Assembly: GCA_002269645.1 (NCBI GenBank)
Contig: NIVC01001095.1
Location: 248,001-312,000, forward strand
Source: Macrostomum lignano
Taxonomy: Eukaryota
DNA: 64,000 bases
Direction of reading: 5' to 3'
Below are positions 12,248 to 23,915 of the stretch, piece after piece. The position numbers were made by a program, and so were the translations under genes. The notes below the pieces were generated by a model. It had not been told where the DNA came from, did no database searches, and saw only the letters and a list, made by a program, of their open reading frames with translations. Numbering within the stretch: the first letter of the stretch is position 1; the number at the start of each line of letters is the position of its first letter.

Positions 12248-15200
12248 CTACTCAGCCCGTTGAAAAGCGAACACCATGTACAGAGTGGCCGCTTCCCACT
12301 CTTCCATGCTGAGGGTGCCAACCGGTCCGTTCCGGTCGCGCTCGTCTTCCTCTGTGTCGCACCGGCCATCGCCGTTAAGGTAGGCCTGAGCGGCCCGGTA
12401 ATCGCCTTCAACTTGACTTTTCAGTTCCACGCCATCGGCATTGGGGTAGGGCTCCAGGCTCTGCATCACGCCTAGCAGGCTGCGCCACTCCGGCTGGGTC
12501 ACGTGATCGCGATAGAACTTGGCGAAGTTCTGGCGTAGAGTGCAACGAAGGCCGTACTCGGAGCAGAGCTGTTCTAGAACTGGGAAGTACACGAGGTACT
12601 CTGGGCAGTCTTGAACCTGTCTGAGCATGAGATCAATGGCGGGACAATGACTTTATTAGGGTCGATAAAATAATACCCAGGGACTAAAAATTTACATTGC
12701 AAAGTCGAAAGGTTAGACCGGAAGTCGAATATTTCTAAGATAGGTGCAACGGGCAGAAACGGGGAGTTGAGGATTTGCATGAAATCAAACTGGTCCAGAT
12801 GTTGAGAATTTCCAGGAAAGGCTAGAAAAGAATTCAAGGATTTCTAAGAGACTCTAGGCCAAATTTGAGGATTTCCAGGAAAGGCCAGCTAACTGGAAAT
12901 CGAAGATTCCTAAGAATTTAAAGCAAATCGAGAATTACTAGAAAAGCGGAACCGGAAGTCGAGGATTTCCAGGAAACGCAGGACCGGAAGTCGATGATTT
13001 CACAGAAAAGCCTCACTGGAAGTCGATAATTTCTAAAAAGGCCTGACCGGAAGTCGACGATTTCTAAGAAAAGCCTGACTGGAAGTCGATGATTTCTAAG
13101 AAAGTCCTGACCGGAAGTCGATGTTTTCTAAGAAAGGCTAGACCGGAAATAGATTATTTATTAAGGAAAGGCTAGACCGGATGTAGATTATTTATTTAAG
13201 AAAGGCTAGACCGGAAGTCGATCATTTATTAAGGAAAGGCTAGACCGGAAGTCGATTATTTTTTGAAGGCTAGACCAGAAGTAGATTATTTATTTAAGGC
13301 TAGACCGGAAGTAGATTATTTATTTAAGAAAGGCTAGACTGAAAGTAGATTATTTATTTAAGGCTAGATCGGAAGTAGATTATTTATTTAAGAAAGGCTA
13401 GACTGAAAGTAGATTATTTATTTAAGGCTAGATCGGAAGTAGATTATTTATTTAAGAAAGGCTAGACTGAAAGTAGATTATTTATTTAAGGCTAGATCGG
13501 AAGTAGATTATTTATTTAAGGCTAGACCGGAAGTAGATTATTTATTTAAGAAAGGCTAGACTGAAAGTAGATTATTTATTTAAGGCTAGATCGGAAGTAG
13601 ATTATTTATTTAAGGCTAGACCGGAAGTAGATTATTTATTTAAGGCTAGACCAGAAGTAGATTATTTATTTAAGGCTAGACCGGAAGTAGATTATTTATT
13701 TAAGGCTAGACTGGAAGTAGATTATTTATTTAAGGCTAGATCGGAAGTAGATTATTTATTTAAGGCTAGACCGGAAGTAGATTATTTATTTAAGGCTAGA
13801 CCGGAAGTAGATTATTTATTTAAGAAATGCTAGACCGGAAGTCGAACATTTCCAGGAAAGACTAGAATAGTTAGAAATCTCTTAAAAAATGTGGAGGCCA
13901 GCGTCAGCAAAATAAAGCGCTCACTTCTCCAGACTGAAATGATACTTGCAGCCGAACAGCGGCACCTGCTGAGTCTTGACAGCCGACGAGCTGAATGTCA
14001 CATTGTAGACGCCGTTGCCAAAAGCGGCCTCAGAGCCGGGCTTTCGACGCAGCCGTCTGACAATCTCGTTGGCGTCTGGCAGGGTGCCAATAAAATAGCC
14101 GCCAGGCAGCAGTGATTCGCAGGCGTTCCGGACAAACTGCCTGGCCGCTTGGTAGCTTTGAAAGCAATAGTGCAGCGAGAACTGGCAACTGACCAGGTGG
14201 AACTGCGGCCATGCCGGCTGTAGTGTTGGAACCATTTATAGTTGATATGTTAGTTTTAGCAGAAAATCAAGTAACAGTAGCTATCAATTTCTGTTACACT
14301 ACGACCAACTGTTGACTCAATTATCGATTTCTGTTACACAAAAATTAACCGTTAAGCAAATTATCTATTTCTGTCACACTACGCCTAACTAGTGACTTAA
14401 TCATAGATTTTTGTTGCATTGAAATTAACCCCGCCTGGACTTTGGTCCGATGCAGAAGCGGACGAAATTCACCCGTTTTTAGTCCGATTTTTACATCGGA
14501 CTAAGCTGCGGACCAAATGTCGGGTGAATCGTCCGATTACTTTAGACTGTTCGTCCAAATTTCAACCGATTTCTCGTCCGCTTCCAATCCGGGCCATAAG
14601 CCATGAACTTTTCAAATGCTTTCAATTTTGTTTGCTCTTCAGGGCAGGTAGTCTCTCTGTTAGCGTTTGCATAAGGCACTGTTTCTTAACTTTGATGCTA
14701 ATTATATTCAAGAATAAACTGAGCCAATCTTTCAATACGCAGCTTCCAGCGTCTGTCTTTCTGGCCTTACTTTAACCGGTACAATTTTTTAATCTAGCAG
14801 AAACAACCGTACAGCTAACACAGCTATTTAAATAATTATAGGAACCCATACTAGGGATCCTTTAGTTTGGAAATAGTCTGGCCCGCTACAAAATATGGCT
14901 GTTTCTTTGGCTGATTCCATGCGGAAACACCGATGTAATTAGACGATTCTAGGCGCAAGAAACTGCCAAAAAGCCGCAATAATTCGGCGTGATTTAGTCA
15001 TCAGTTTTCAAGCGAGTTTTGTAAGTCGATTGCGTTATACTACAAGTAATTGCAAAATGGACTATTCACCTCCATTTTATGGTTATTATCACGCTCTACT
15101 TTTAATCCATCGACTTTTTTTCCAGAAATATGTCCGACCAAGCTCAGGACACATGGCAATTTTCCCGGTATCCTTCCAGGGTAGCCGCTATAGCTGATAC

Positions 15201-18200
15201 GCGATCGAGCATGTTACGCCATATCAGCGATCTGCGCTCCCCCTTGACGGAAGCCAGAAGGCGTGGCGTCACGTTTTTTCAGCGTAGAGACAAAAGTTAT
15301 CCTATTTGTTGAGGAATTGGTAGCAATCGACAGACTGTCCGATCCGTCGGCGTCGACGCAGGCTTCAGTAAACATTAATACGCCCAAATCGCATCCCGAC
15401 GTACAGGAAGGTGCCACCATCCTTGTGTCATGCCCAACTTTCTTCCGGCTGGTATCAAAACAGATGGAATTTTCTATGTCGAGTCGCTCACGACAAGCCA
15501 AGTTCTGTGTATTTACCCTCGACCTGTAGTATGCATGCACTCGCTAGTCAATTATTATGCATTGCAGCATTTTACTGCCAATCCGTACACGTATAACAGT
15601 ATTATCCTTTAAATGTCTAACATTTAAATTCAGGCTGCAACTTACTTGGTCGACACGGCAGCTGCTGACCAGAGCAAGTACTACGAATACGCCGTCGTAT
15701 CCACTTCACCTACGCCGGCCGTATCTCGCTGTAGACAGCTCAGTGACCAGAACAACCCAATACTTGCTACTCTTATATGGTAACGCTTAAGCTACTCAAA
15801 TGCTTACATACTTATCTTTTGTACAGCTCGATGCATACTTGTTGCTGCTGTTGGCTCTCTGGCTAATACAATGGATTTGTAGGTCTTGTCACGTCATAAA
15901 ATCTATACCAATTAAATATTCGCACTAATTCTACCGTCACCGATCTTCAGCCCACTGCATGGCGAAGCATGATCCGAGACCTGCTGCATTGTCAGAAAAG
16001 GAGAATACAGGAAAACGAAAGCTGGCGAGAAGTCACAAGTCTGACAAGAAGTCAAAGAAAAGTAAGTCGTATAAGCCTCCGACTGCTGCCGCGGCGGCGG
16101 CCCCTCAAACTGCTGCCGAAATGGCGCCCCCGACTGCTGCCGAATCAGAAGACGGGATGAAAACCAGCAAATTGAGGATCCGCAGCAAGAAATGCAGGGC
16201 TATAAGATTGAGAATAAGGAGCGATTTTTCGTATTCGAATACAAAAAACTTTCACATGCGTAGGGAGGTCGTGTCCACATCAAGCACTACTGCGTCGCTC
16301 ATTGTATCTCATCAGCGTGGAGCGGTCGGGCAAGTAGCTATTGGCGAGGAGGCACAGATTATTACCGCGAAGACAAATCGCCGGAAGGCCAAGCGCTGGC
16401 TTGGCACCTTGATCAAGAGGCCATTCCAGAGGAAGGCCGAGGCTACTGGCGAGGTGGCCATGACAAATGAGCATGCCGCACCAGTTGACCTTCCTAGAGC
16501 TTGCTCGTCATGCCACAGCCTCCTCATAGAGCTTCAACGCTCCATGAGCCTAGTGCGTAAGTACTGTACCGGTGTACCAGTGCGGTATAACATATTGTAT
16601 TATGTTATATTACATATGTTACATTATTCAGTACTGATGCGAACGCGCTCTTTCACAATTATTCGATAGGTGCTGAACTCCGCAAGAAAGCGTCAACGGA
16701 GCAGGTCTTCAAAGGCCAGCTACGAGCGTAGATGCGCTTAAGGAACAAAACAATGTACTAAGGAGAATGGAGTCGTCACTTCTCCGCGGACTCCAAACAG
16801 AACAGCGGAGCATGCCACACTAGAGCACAGAGCGGCGCAGTGCAACGCCTTACTAACGCAAGCGTCGACCATGCTCTGTAGCAACGTATCGGCAGCCGCC
16901 GCTGCTGCGACCGTCGACCTGTTTGACGAAGATCGACAAGAAGCCGTCCACGCCCAAGAGCGTGAGGAGAACGACGCAGACCAGGGCTTTGCCGTACAAG
17001 CCGACAACGCCTTGTCCGCGGCACAGACGCGTGCCTTGCTTAATGCATGTGCAGCAAAAGGCTCCACAGCCGATGAAGCCTCTTTGTCTGCCTCAGTGTC
17101 AAAAGTGCCGTTTTCTGAACGCAGCCTGCTGCGGTGTCTATTTAGCGATGCGGAGTTCAGTAACAGCAGGATCTCCAGTCGCAAGTCGCAGGGCCACGTC
17201 TGCCTGGCAGCCAATCCCGCAAAGGTTGCCACCACAGAACTGTGGCTATCAACTGAAGGAGTCGATTACTCTCCACGCGACCTCAAGCGCTCGTTCCTTA
17301 TTATTTCTATTAGTTTTAAAATCTCATTCTAGGTGTACTGAGACGGCTCGAAAGCGCTCTGGACAATCGGTTTGCACCGGAGGAAGAAGTGGTGCTGACT
17401 CGGCACCTGAATCTGTTGTGATCCGTATTATAACGGAAGGCAACACGGAAGGCAATCAACAGACAAACGAGGCGGAGGAGCATGCCGTGCCTACTCATTT
17501 TCCTACGAATTCTGCAACGACATCGACTGCACTACGCTTCAGACGTTACTGAGCTTGAGGGTAAGGGCCAAATGCGGGACATGTTGCACGAACTGATCAA
17601 GTTGATTGGTGTCCCGGTGATTTCTCATATTAAATATTTACATTTACGGGTAAGTATAAGTATGTAAGTATGCGGTGTATTTAAAATTTTTTTATCTCCT
17701 GATTTGATGCGTCTAGCTATAGTCTCTGAAACCCCTATAATTACTATTCTAATATACCTACTAGAATATTAGACTACTTTTCCGTCCGCATTTCACCCGC
17801 TTTTAATCCGCCTGCTCGTTCGATTTTTCCTTATGGAAAAAATGCATTATCAATTGGACGAACTATCGAATAAGTAAGCGGACAAAAGAACCGGACCAAA
17901 GTCTAGGCGGGACTGTTAGGTCAATTATCGATTACTGTTACACTAAAATTACCGTTACGTTAGTTATGGATTTCTATGTTAAGCTAAGTTAACTCGTTGA
18001 CATAATTATTAATTTCTATCAAATTACGTCTAACTGCTGACATAGCTATTGATTCTTGTTACACTACTACTAACTATTGACTGAATTATCGATTTTTGTT
18101 ACCCTACTACTAACTATTGACTGAAATATCGATTTTTGTTACCCTACTACAAACTATTGACTGAAATATCGATTTTTGTTACCCTACTACTAACTATTGA

Positions 18201-18936
18201 CTGAATTATCGATTTTTGCTACCCTACTACTAACTATTGACTGAATTATCGATTTTTGCTACCCTACTACTAAATATTGACTGAATTATCGATTTTTGTT
18301 ACCCTACTACTAACTATTGACTGAAATATCGATTTTTGTTACCCTACTACAAACTATTGACTGAAATATCGATTTTTGTTACCCTACTACTAACTATTGA
18401 CTGAAATATCGATTTTTGTTAAACTTCGACAAACTGTTGACTGAATTATCTATTTTTGTTACACTACATGTACTAATAACTATTGATTAACTATCGATGT
18501 CTGTTACACCACAATTGACAACTACATTAATATTATAGCTCACCTGCAGATCCCGCAGCCGTACAGCAGTAGCGTCGGCCACGTGAAACTCCGCCCTAGG
18601 CAGGCGACCCCTGCCGTCTCGCTGCTGCTGTTCGGCCATCTCGCCGTACCTCCTACGGCACTGCTCCACCGACACGTCGGCAATGTCAACAAACACAATC
18701 TTAGCGACGCCGCCTTTTCGCCATTTGAGCAGGTCGCCGCCTTTCCCTGAGCACAGGTCCAATACGCGAATGTCGCTATTGATAAACTGGCGTTCGATAA
18801 TACGCAGGTGAGAGCCAATCAGGACGCTCTTCACCCAGTTGTTGAAGTTGCGCAAATAGAAGGCCCGGCTTTCCGCTCGGGACGCGATGCTCGACTGCAG
18901 CACCTGGTTGTAGTGCTGGGCGACCTCCTGGCCAGC
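12248..18936 (-). CDS. RNMT: mRNA cap guanine-N7 methyltransferase, three conserved exons; the start codon is not inside them
   Basis: Exons 18544-18936 (phase 0/0), 13925-14217 (0/2) and 12248-12620 (2/stop), all GT-AG with matching phases. Motifs: VAQHYN, LRNFNNWVKSVLI, VLDLCSGKGGDLLKW, FHLVSCQFSLHY, LLPGGYFIGTLPD, CPEYLVYFP, LYMVFAF. About 353 aa with an added Met. Confidence 0.95.
12880..13850. repeat. About 30-bp intronic minisatellite (AAGGCTAGACCGGAAGTAGATTATTTATTT) in the last RNMT intron
   Basis: Homogeneous core at 13250-13830 with degenerate flanks. Confidence 0.92.
14430..17911. mobile_element. Non-autonomous CACTA/CMC-like DNA transposon (3.48 kb) carrying degraded cargo exons
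   Basis: TIRs CCCGCCTGGACTTTGGTCCG (from 14430) and CGGACCAAAGTCTAGGCGGG (to 17911), 19/20 match. 2-bp TSD AC at 14428-14429 and 17912-17913. Many subterminal GTCCG/CGGAC motifs. The interrupted intronic repeat resumes on both sides. No transposase recognised. Confidence 0.75.
15130..17560 (+). pseudogene. Multi-exon cargo gene(s) of unknown function with several frameshifts (Lys-rich N-terminal segment, coiled-coil segment)
   Basis: Exon-like blocks at about 15130-15525, 15634-15779, 15959-16556, 16670-17260 and 17332-17560, several with canonical splice sites (e.g. GTAAGT at 16557, TAG|G at 16669/16670). Continuous reading needs single-base shifts near 15290, 16725, 16805 and 17415. Confidence 0.55.
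17912..18480. repeat. 40-bp minisatellite (CTGAAATATCGATTTTTGTTACCCTACTACTAACTATTGA); related degenerate copies at 14280-14429
   Basis: Period of 40 between 18121 and 18161. Confidence 0.9.
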
Positions 18937-19079
18937 CTGGGGGAAGGGGAAAAATGGGGCGACTCTCGCATGATAGGGGCGAAACTTTTAATGTCGGGGA
19001 AATACTTAAACGAGGGCCATTGTAAACTGATACCGGCTTATTCCTAATTTCAAGGGCGATTTTTCTATGATAGAAACGA

Positions 19080-19770
19080 TTTTCTAATTAGAGGGGATAT
19101 TCTAATTAGAGAGGCCATTTTCTGATTAGAGAGGCCATTTTCTGATTAGAGAGGCGATTTTCTGATTAGAGAGGCGATTTTCTGATTAGAGGCGATTTTC
19201 TGATTAGAGAGGCGATTTTCTGATTAGAGAGGCGATTTTCTGATTAGAGAGGCGATTTTCTGATTAGAGGGAATTTTCTAACAAGAGAGGCAGGCGATTT
19301 TCTGATTAGAGAGGCGATTTCTAACTAGTGAGGCGATTTTCTAACTATTAAGGCGATTTTATAAATAGAGAGGCGATATTCTGATTAGAGGCGATTTCTA
19401 ACTAGTGAGGCGATTTTCTAACTATTAAGGCGATTTTATAAATAGAGAGGCGATATTCTGATTAAAGGCGATTTCTAACTAGTGAGGCGATTTTATAAAT
19501 AGAGAGGCGATATTCCAATTAGAGGCGATTTCTAACTAGTGAGGCGATTTCCCATTTATTGAGGCGATTTTATAAATAGAGAGGCGATATTCTAACTAGA
19601 GAGGCGATTTCTAACTAGTGAGGCGATTTTCTAACAATTGAGGGGATTTTTTAACTATTGAGGGGATTTTCTAACTATTGAGGGGATTTTCTAACTATTG
19701 AGGGGATTTTCTAACTATTGAGGCGATTTTTTAACTATTGAGGCGATTTTCTAACTATTGAGGCGATTTT
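19080..19770. repeat. About 20-bp degenerate minisatellite (GAGGCGATTTTCTGATTAGA / GAGGCGATTTTCTAACTATT)
   Basis: Tandem variants located between ALG14 and RNMT. Confidence 0.88.
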
Positions 19771-21040
19771 CTATTCTACGTGACAAAACATTTTCTACGA
19801 CACAAAGACTAGGCCATGTAAAAAGAGAAAGTATTTATTTTGCTTTGAAAAATTGAAAAAATCAAAAAAACAACAAGCGAGGATTCAAATACTTAGAAAG
19901 AGGAAATTTTAAGTGCATGTACAATATATATTTTACTCTAAGAAAATCAGTTAGAGTTGACTAATTTACTCACTAGAAAAAGGTATAATTAATTAAGTAT
20001 TAATCAATATCAATAGCCATGTGAGACTTTATTGTTAATCTCCAATTAGAAGATCAAAAAATCTGATTTAGTAGCAGTACACTACTGTAAGCAGTGTAAA
20101 ATATTCTTCGAGACAATTTAGAGGAAAGTAGTTGAGTATAAATATATGCATACATAATGATGATAACATGATAATGACACACGACTTATTTATAACGATT
20201 TAATAATGAGAATAGGCAAAGTTTCAATGGCACAGCAAGGTGATCGGATTTCATATAAAGACTGGTCACTCAAACCATAATATGTGTTATTGAGCAATGT
20301 AACTACTCATAAATGGTTTTAAAAAAAATTGCAAATATTTATTAATGCATATGATACTGTACATAAATATGGTTTCACAAAAAGAAAAAATGTTTTCAAG
20401 TTCAATGCAAATAAACTAGGAATGCCGGAAAATAACTTTGTAGTCGAATATACTGTAATTTAAAGTACACATGATTGAATGTTTCTTACATAACCGCTAC
20501 TTGAATGCCGCTAAACCCCACACTTGATCATTCAGTTAGACCGCTAAATACCACACCTGATAATTTAGCTAGTTTAAGCCTGAATCAAGTACTCACGCCC
20601 CATATTATGTGGTGGAATAAAAATAATTAATTAATTTTGTAATAAAAAATAAATAAACTAAATACACAGCTTATCAACAACAGTAGTAAGCGTTAGCAGT
20701 AGTAGAACGCGCGCATTAAAAATAAAATTAGACTACTAAATTATGCTTTATTTTGTAAATAAGAGAAATATTATATTTATATTTGATCATTTTGCTTTAC
20801 TTGCTACTCAAGGCAAATAAGTAGTGCAGTTAGAATATCAAGAGGAAATTGAAAACAAAGTCAATACATAACTACTGTATCTAGACTTACACTGCATAGT
20901 ACGAGTTATTCATCTAAACTAAACAAGCAAGCAAGGCACACTAGACAAGCCACAGATTAAGACAGAATGAACCCAATATAGCTCAATGCGAGGTCAGTAA
21001 AGGTCAGATTCTAAGGTCAGAAAAAGCCATTTAGCTGCTA

Positions 21041-23915
21041 CTAAACAATCCGACCCAAATAGCGAGCCCTGGGGAACTGGTCCAGCAGCTCGGGCCACTG
21101 CACGATCACGTGATCAGCCAAGTAGTACAGGATGCGACCGCTCAGCGATAGGGAGTTAACCCGACAAATGCTCTCCACGAATACGATCCGGCAGTCTTTT
21201 AGTAGCAGAAGACGGTAGAGAAATGCCGCGAAACAGACTGGGATGCAGGTGCCCGGCCCGTTGCAGAGCACCTGTGGTTTCGGAGATTAATTTCTAATGT
21301 AAGCATAAATCCAACATCTTTATTCTTATAAATCTCACACCTTGATCCCATAAATCCTACAACTGAACTCCCACAAATCCCACACTCTTATCCCCAAAAA
21401 TCCCACACCTTGATTCCCATAAATCCCAACCTTGATTCCTATAAACCCCACACCTTGATTTCCATAAATCCCACACTCTTATCCCCAAAATTCCCACACC
21501 TTGATTCCCATAAATCCCAACCTTGATTCCTATAAACCCCACACCTTGATTCCCATAAATCCCACACTCTTATCCCCAAAATTCCCACACCTTGATTCCC
21601 ATAAATCCCACACCTTGATTCCTATAAACCCCACACCTTGATTCCCATAAATCCCACACCTTGATTCCTATAAACCCCACATCTTGATTCCCATAAATCC
21701 CACACCTTGATTCCTATAAACCCCACACCTTGATTCCCATAAATCCCACACCTTGATTCCCATAAATCCCACACCTTGATTCCTATAAATCCCACACCTT
21801 GATTCCTATAAATCCCACACCTTGATTCCTATAAATCCCACACCTTGATTCCCATAAATCCCACACCTTGATTCCCATAAATCCCACACATTAAATACCA
21901 CAAATCCCACACTTCAATTCCATAGTTGCAAACCTGCATTTCAAACTTCAGACCCACTGACTCACCAAGTCAGGCTTCTCCCAAGCCACCAAAGGGAAGC
22001 AGTAGGCAGCAGATCGAACAGTAGTCAGCACCGAGGTCAGGTAAGATTGCAGCACCTCTCGACTGCGCGGAATCGAGTGAATGGAGAACTGGGGAGAACA
22101 AACATGGGCGATGAAAGTTGAAAGCTAACTGCATTAATATCTGTAGGATTTGAAATTTATTATTTTGATTCTAGAATTATGGGGCATTCTCCGTCAGGGC
22201 TAAGCAGTTCAGAGCCATAGGGATTTGCCTTCCCCGCGTTTGAAAAATTCTTCAGAGGGAATTCTTCTCCAGGGACGGGGGATTCTCCTCCAAAATGAGA
22301 GATTCTTTAGGGGAATTCTTCTTCAGAGTGAGGAAACTCTTTAGGGAGCTTCTCCTCTAAGGACGGAAAATGCTCCTTCAGAAACAGGGGATTCTTTGTA
22401 CGAAGACTTCTCCAGAGAAGAGGGGATTCTTCAGGAGAATTTTCCAGAGAATCCTCCAGAGATGGAGATTTTCTAGGGGAATTCTCCTTCAAAGACAGGG
22501 GATTTTCTAGGAGAATTCTCCTACAGAGATGGGAGAGTATCTTAAGAAATTCCCTTCATGGAAAGAATAAATTTTCGTTATTTGAATTGTTAATGAATTA
22601 TTTATCACACGGGCTGGGCGATTGGCTAATGGGCTTGTCATTCCCATAGTTCAAAATGACAATCAACTCACATCATTGCTATTTAACTCGCTGATTTTGA
22701 TTTTCTCCGGACTCATAGCATCCGAGCTGGCAATCACGTAGAGTCGGGGAGAGTAGTGCTTGCTCAGGCTATTAACTAGTCGCAGAATTTCAGTGGTGTG
22801 ACCGCCTGTTTTTTATTTTAACAAAAGTTATGTTCTTCCGTAATTATGGCTGTGGATTACTACGGCAACTATGGCAAAATAGGTACTTATAATGGCGATG
22901 GAATCACCCACAAGATTAATAAATAAAATAATAAAATAGTTGAATATACCTGCCCCAATTAGGCTAGATAAGCAACTGACAGCTCAGCCGCAGCTATTGC
23001 GCGGCGCATCTGAAGGCTGCGTACGGCTGTTCAGTCCAAGGATTGGGAGGTCGCCACACACACCCTCAATTACACCAGCTAATGCTGGCACCCATTTTAC
23101 AGCTGGGTGAACTGAAGCAATGCAGAGTTAAGTGTTTTTCTCAAAGACACAAATTGTTTGGACAAGAGGCTACACCTTTAGATCATGGCAAGGTAAACTA
23201 AGTATTGTAGTAATGATAATAAGTGTAAAACTTATTGCTATAACTCTGAAAACTACAGTACTTGTAGTATGCCTTACAACAGGGGACCAGCAAACAGTTC
23301 ATCTCAAGGGCCAGATAGAAAATACAGCCCATGGCTGCGGGCCATGAAAAGGATGAGAGTGGAAAGTAGAGAGGATAAAAGATGAGAATTTAAATGAGAG
23401 TAAATGGGAGAGTAAAAAGGGGATAGAGGTGAGAGAAGAGGAGAGAGAGAGGAGAGAGGAGACAGAGGAGAAAGGAGAGAGAAGACAACAAACCTTGGAG
23501 TAGGCCAGATTGCTATTGCGAAGTTTCAAAGGACCCGAGGACCAGATAGAGGCCCACAGGCCAGAGTTTGCCAAGCCCTGCCTTACTATTTGTATAATCT
23601 TTTATTGAGAATGAAATAAGAAATTAACAAAGCCAATCTCCAAATCAAGTAAAACATTAGTAAGCTAATAAAATTGCTCACCATCTTGTTGAAGATATTC
23701 TTGATGACTAACTCAACAAATTACATTATATAAGTTTTGCAATGAATGATTTATTAAATTAAAATAGCCTCACCTGATCCTGCCACAATCATAGTTCTCA
23801 ACTGAGCACACTTGGGAAACACATTGTTAATATATCCAAAAATTTGCAACTCTACTATGAGTAGTCGCAGTAGTAGAAATCCAATTATAGCAATTGTTAG
23901 CAATGATAACAGCAT
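21041..23915 (-). CDS. ALG14: UDP-N-acetylglucosamine transferase subunit ALG14 (209 aa, N-terminal membrane anchor)
   Basis: Exons 23774-23915, 22672-22805, 21966-22088 and 21041-21271 total 630 nt with consistent phases. Motifs: IVAGSGGHTTEILRL, IPRSREVLQSY, VLCNGPGTCIPVC, VFVESICRV, VQWPEL, YLGRIV*. Confidence 0.96.
21340..21900. repeat. About 23-bp minisatellite (CCTTGATTCCCATAAATCCCACA) in ALG14 intron 3
   Basis: Tandem array. Confidence 0.92.
22970..23157 (-). mobile_element. CORE-type SINE, 5'-truncated copy
   Basis: Closely matches the copies at about 34700, 51680 and 61320. Contains CCCATTTTACAGCTGGGTGAACTGAAGCAATGCAGAGTTAAGTGT, which resembles the MIR/CORE domain. Confidence 0.75.
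23280..23580. mobile_element. hAT-type MITE with an internal GA-rich tract
   Basis: Termini CAGGGGACCAGCAAAC and GTTTGCCAAGCCCTG; 8-bp TSD CCTTACAA/CCTTACTA. Related copies at about 32317-32556 and 51940-52415. Confidence 0.7.
23682..23707 (-). other. Candidate 26-nt micro-exon in ALG14 intron 1, ending in ATG|GTGAGC
   Basis: Minus strand reads ttgagttag|TCATCAAGAATATCTTCAACAAGATG|gtgagc. It enters in phase 1 (matching ALG14 exon 1) and exits in phase 0 (matching the RNMT exon starting at 18936). Confidence 0.4.

Noticed and set aside
14425-14432. piggyBac assignment for the 14430 element (TTAA followed by CCC)
   Set aside because: The right end has no TTAA; reconstructing the empty site from the surrounding repeat gives a 2-bp AC duplication instead.
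23660-23710. SL RNA gene (ATG|GT followed by an AATTTTATTAG Sm-like site)
   Set aside because: No resemblance to flatworm SL exons as I recall them, no evident stem-loops, and only a single intronic copy.
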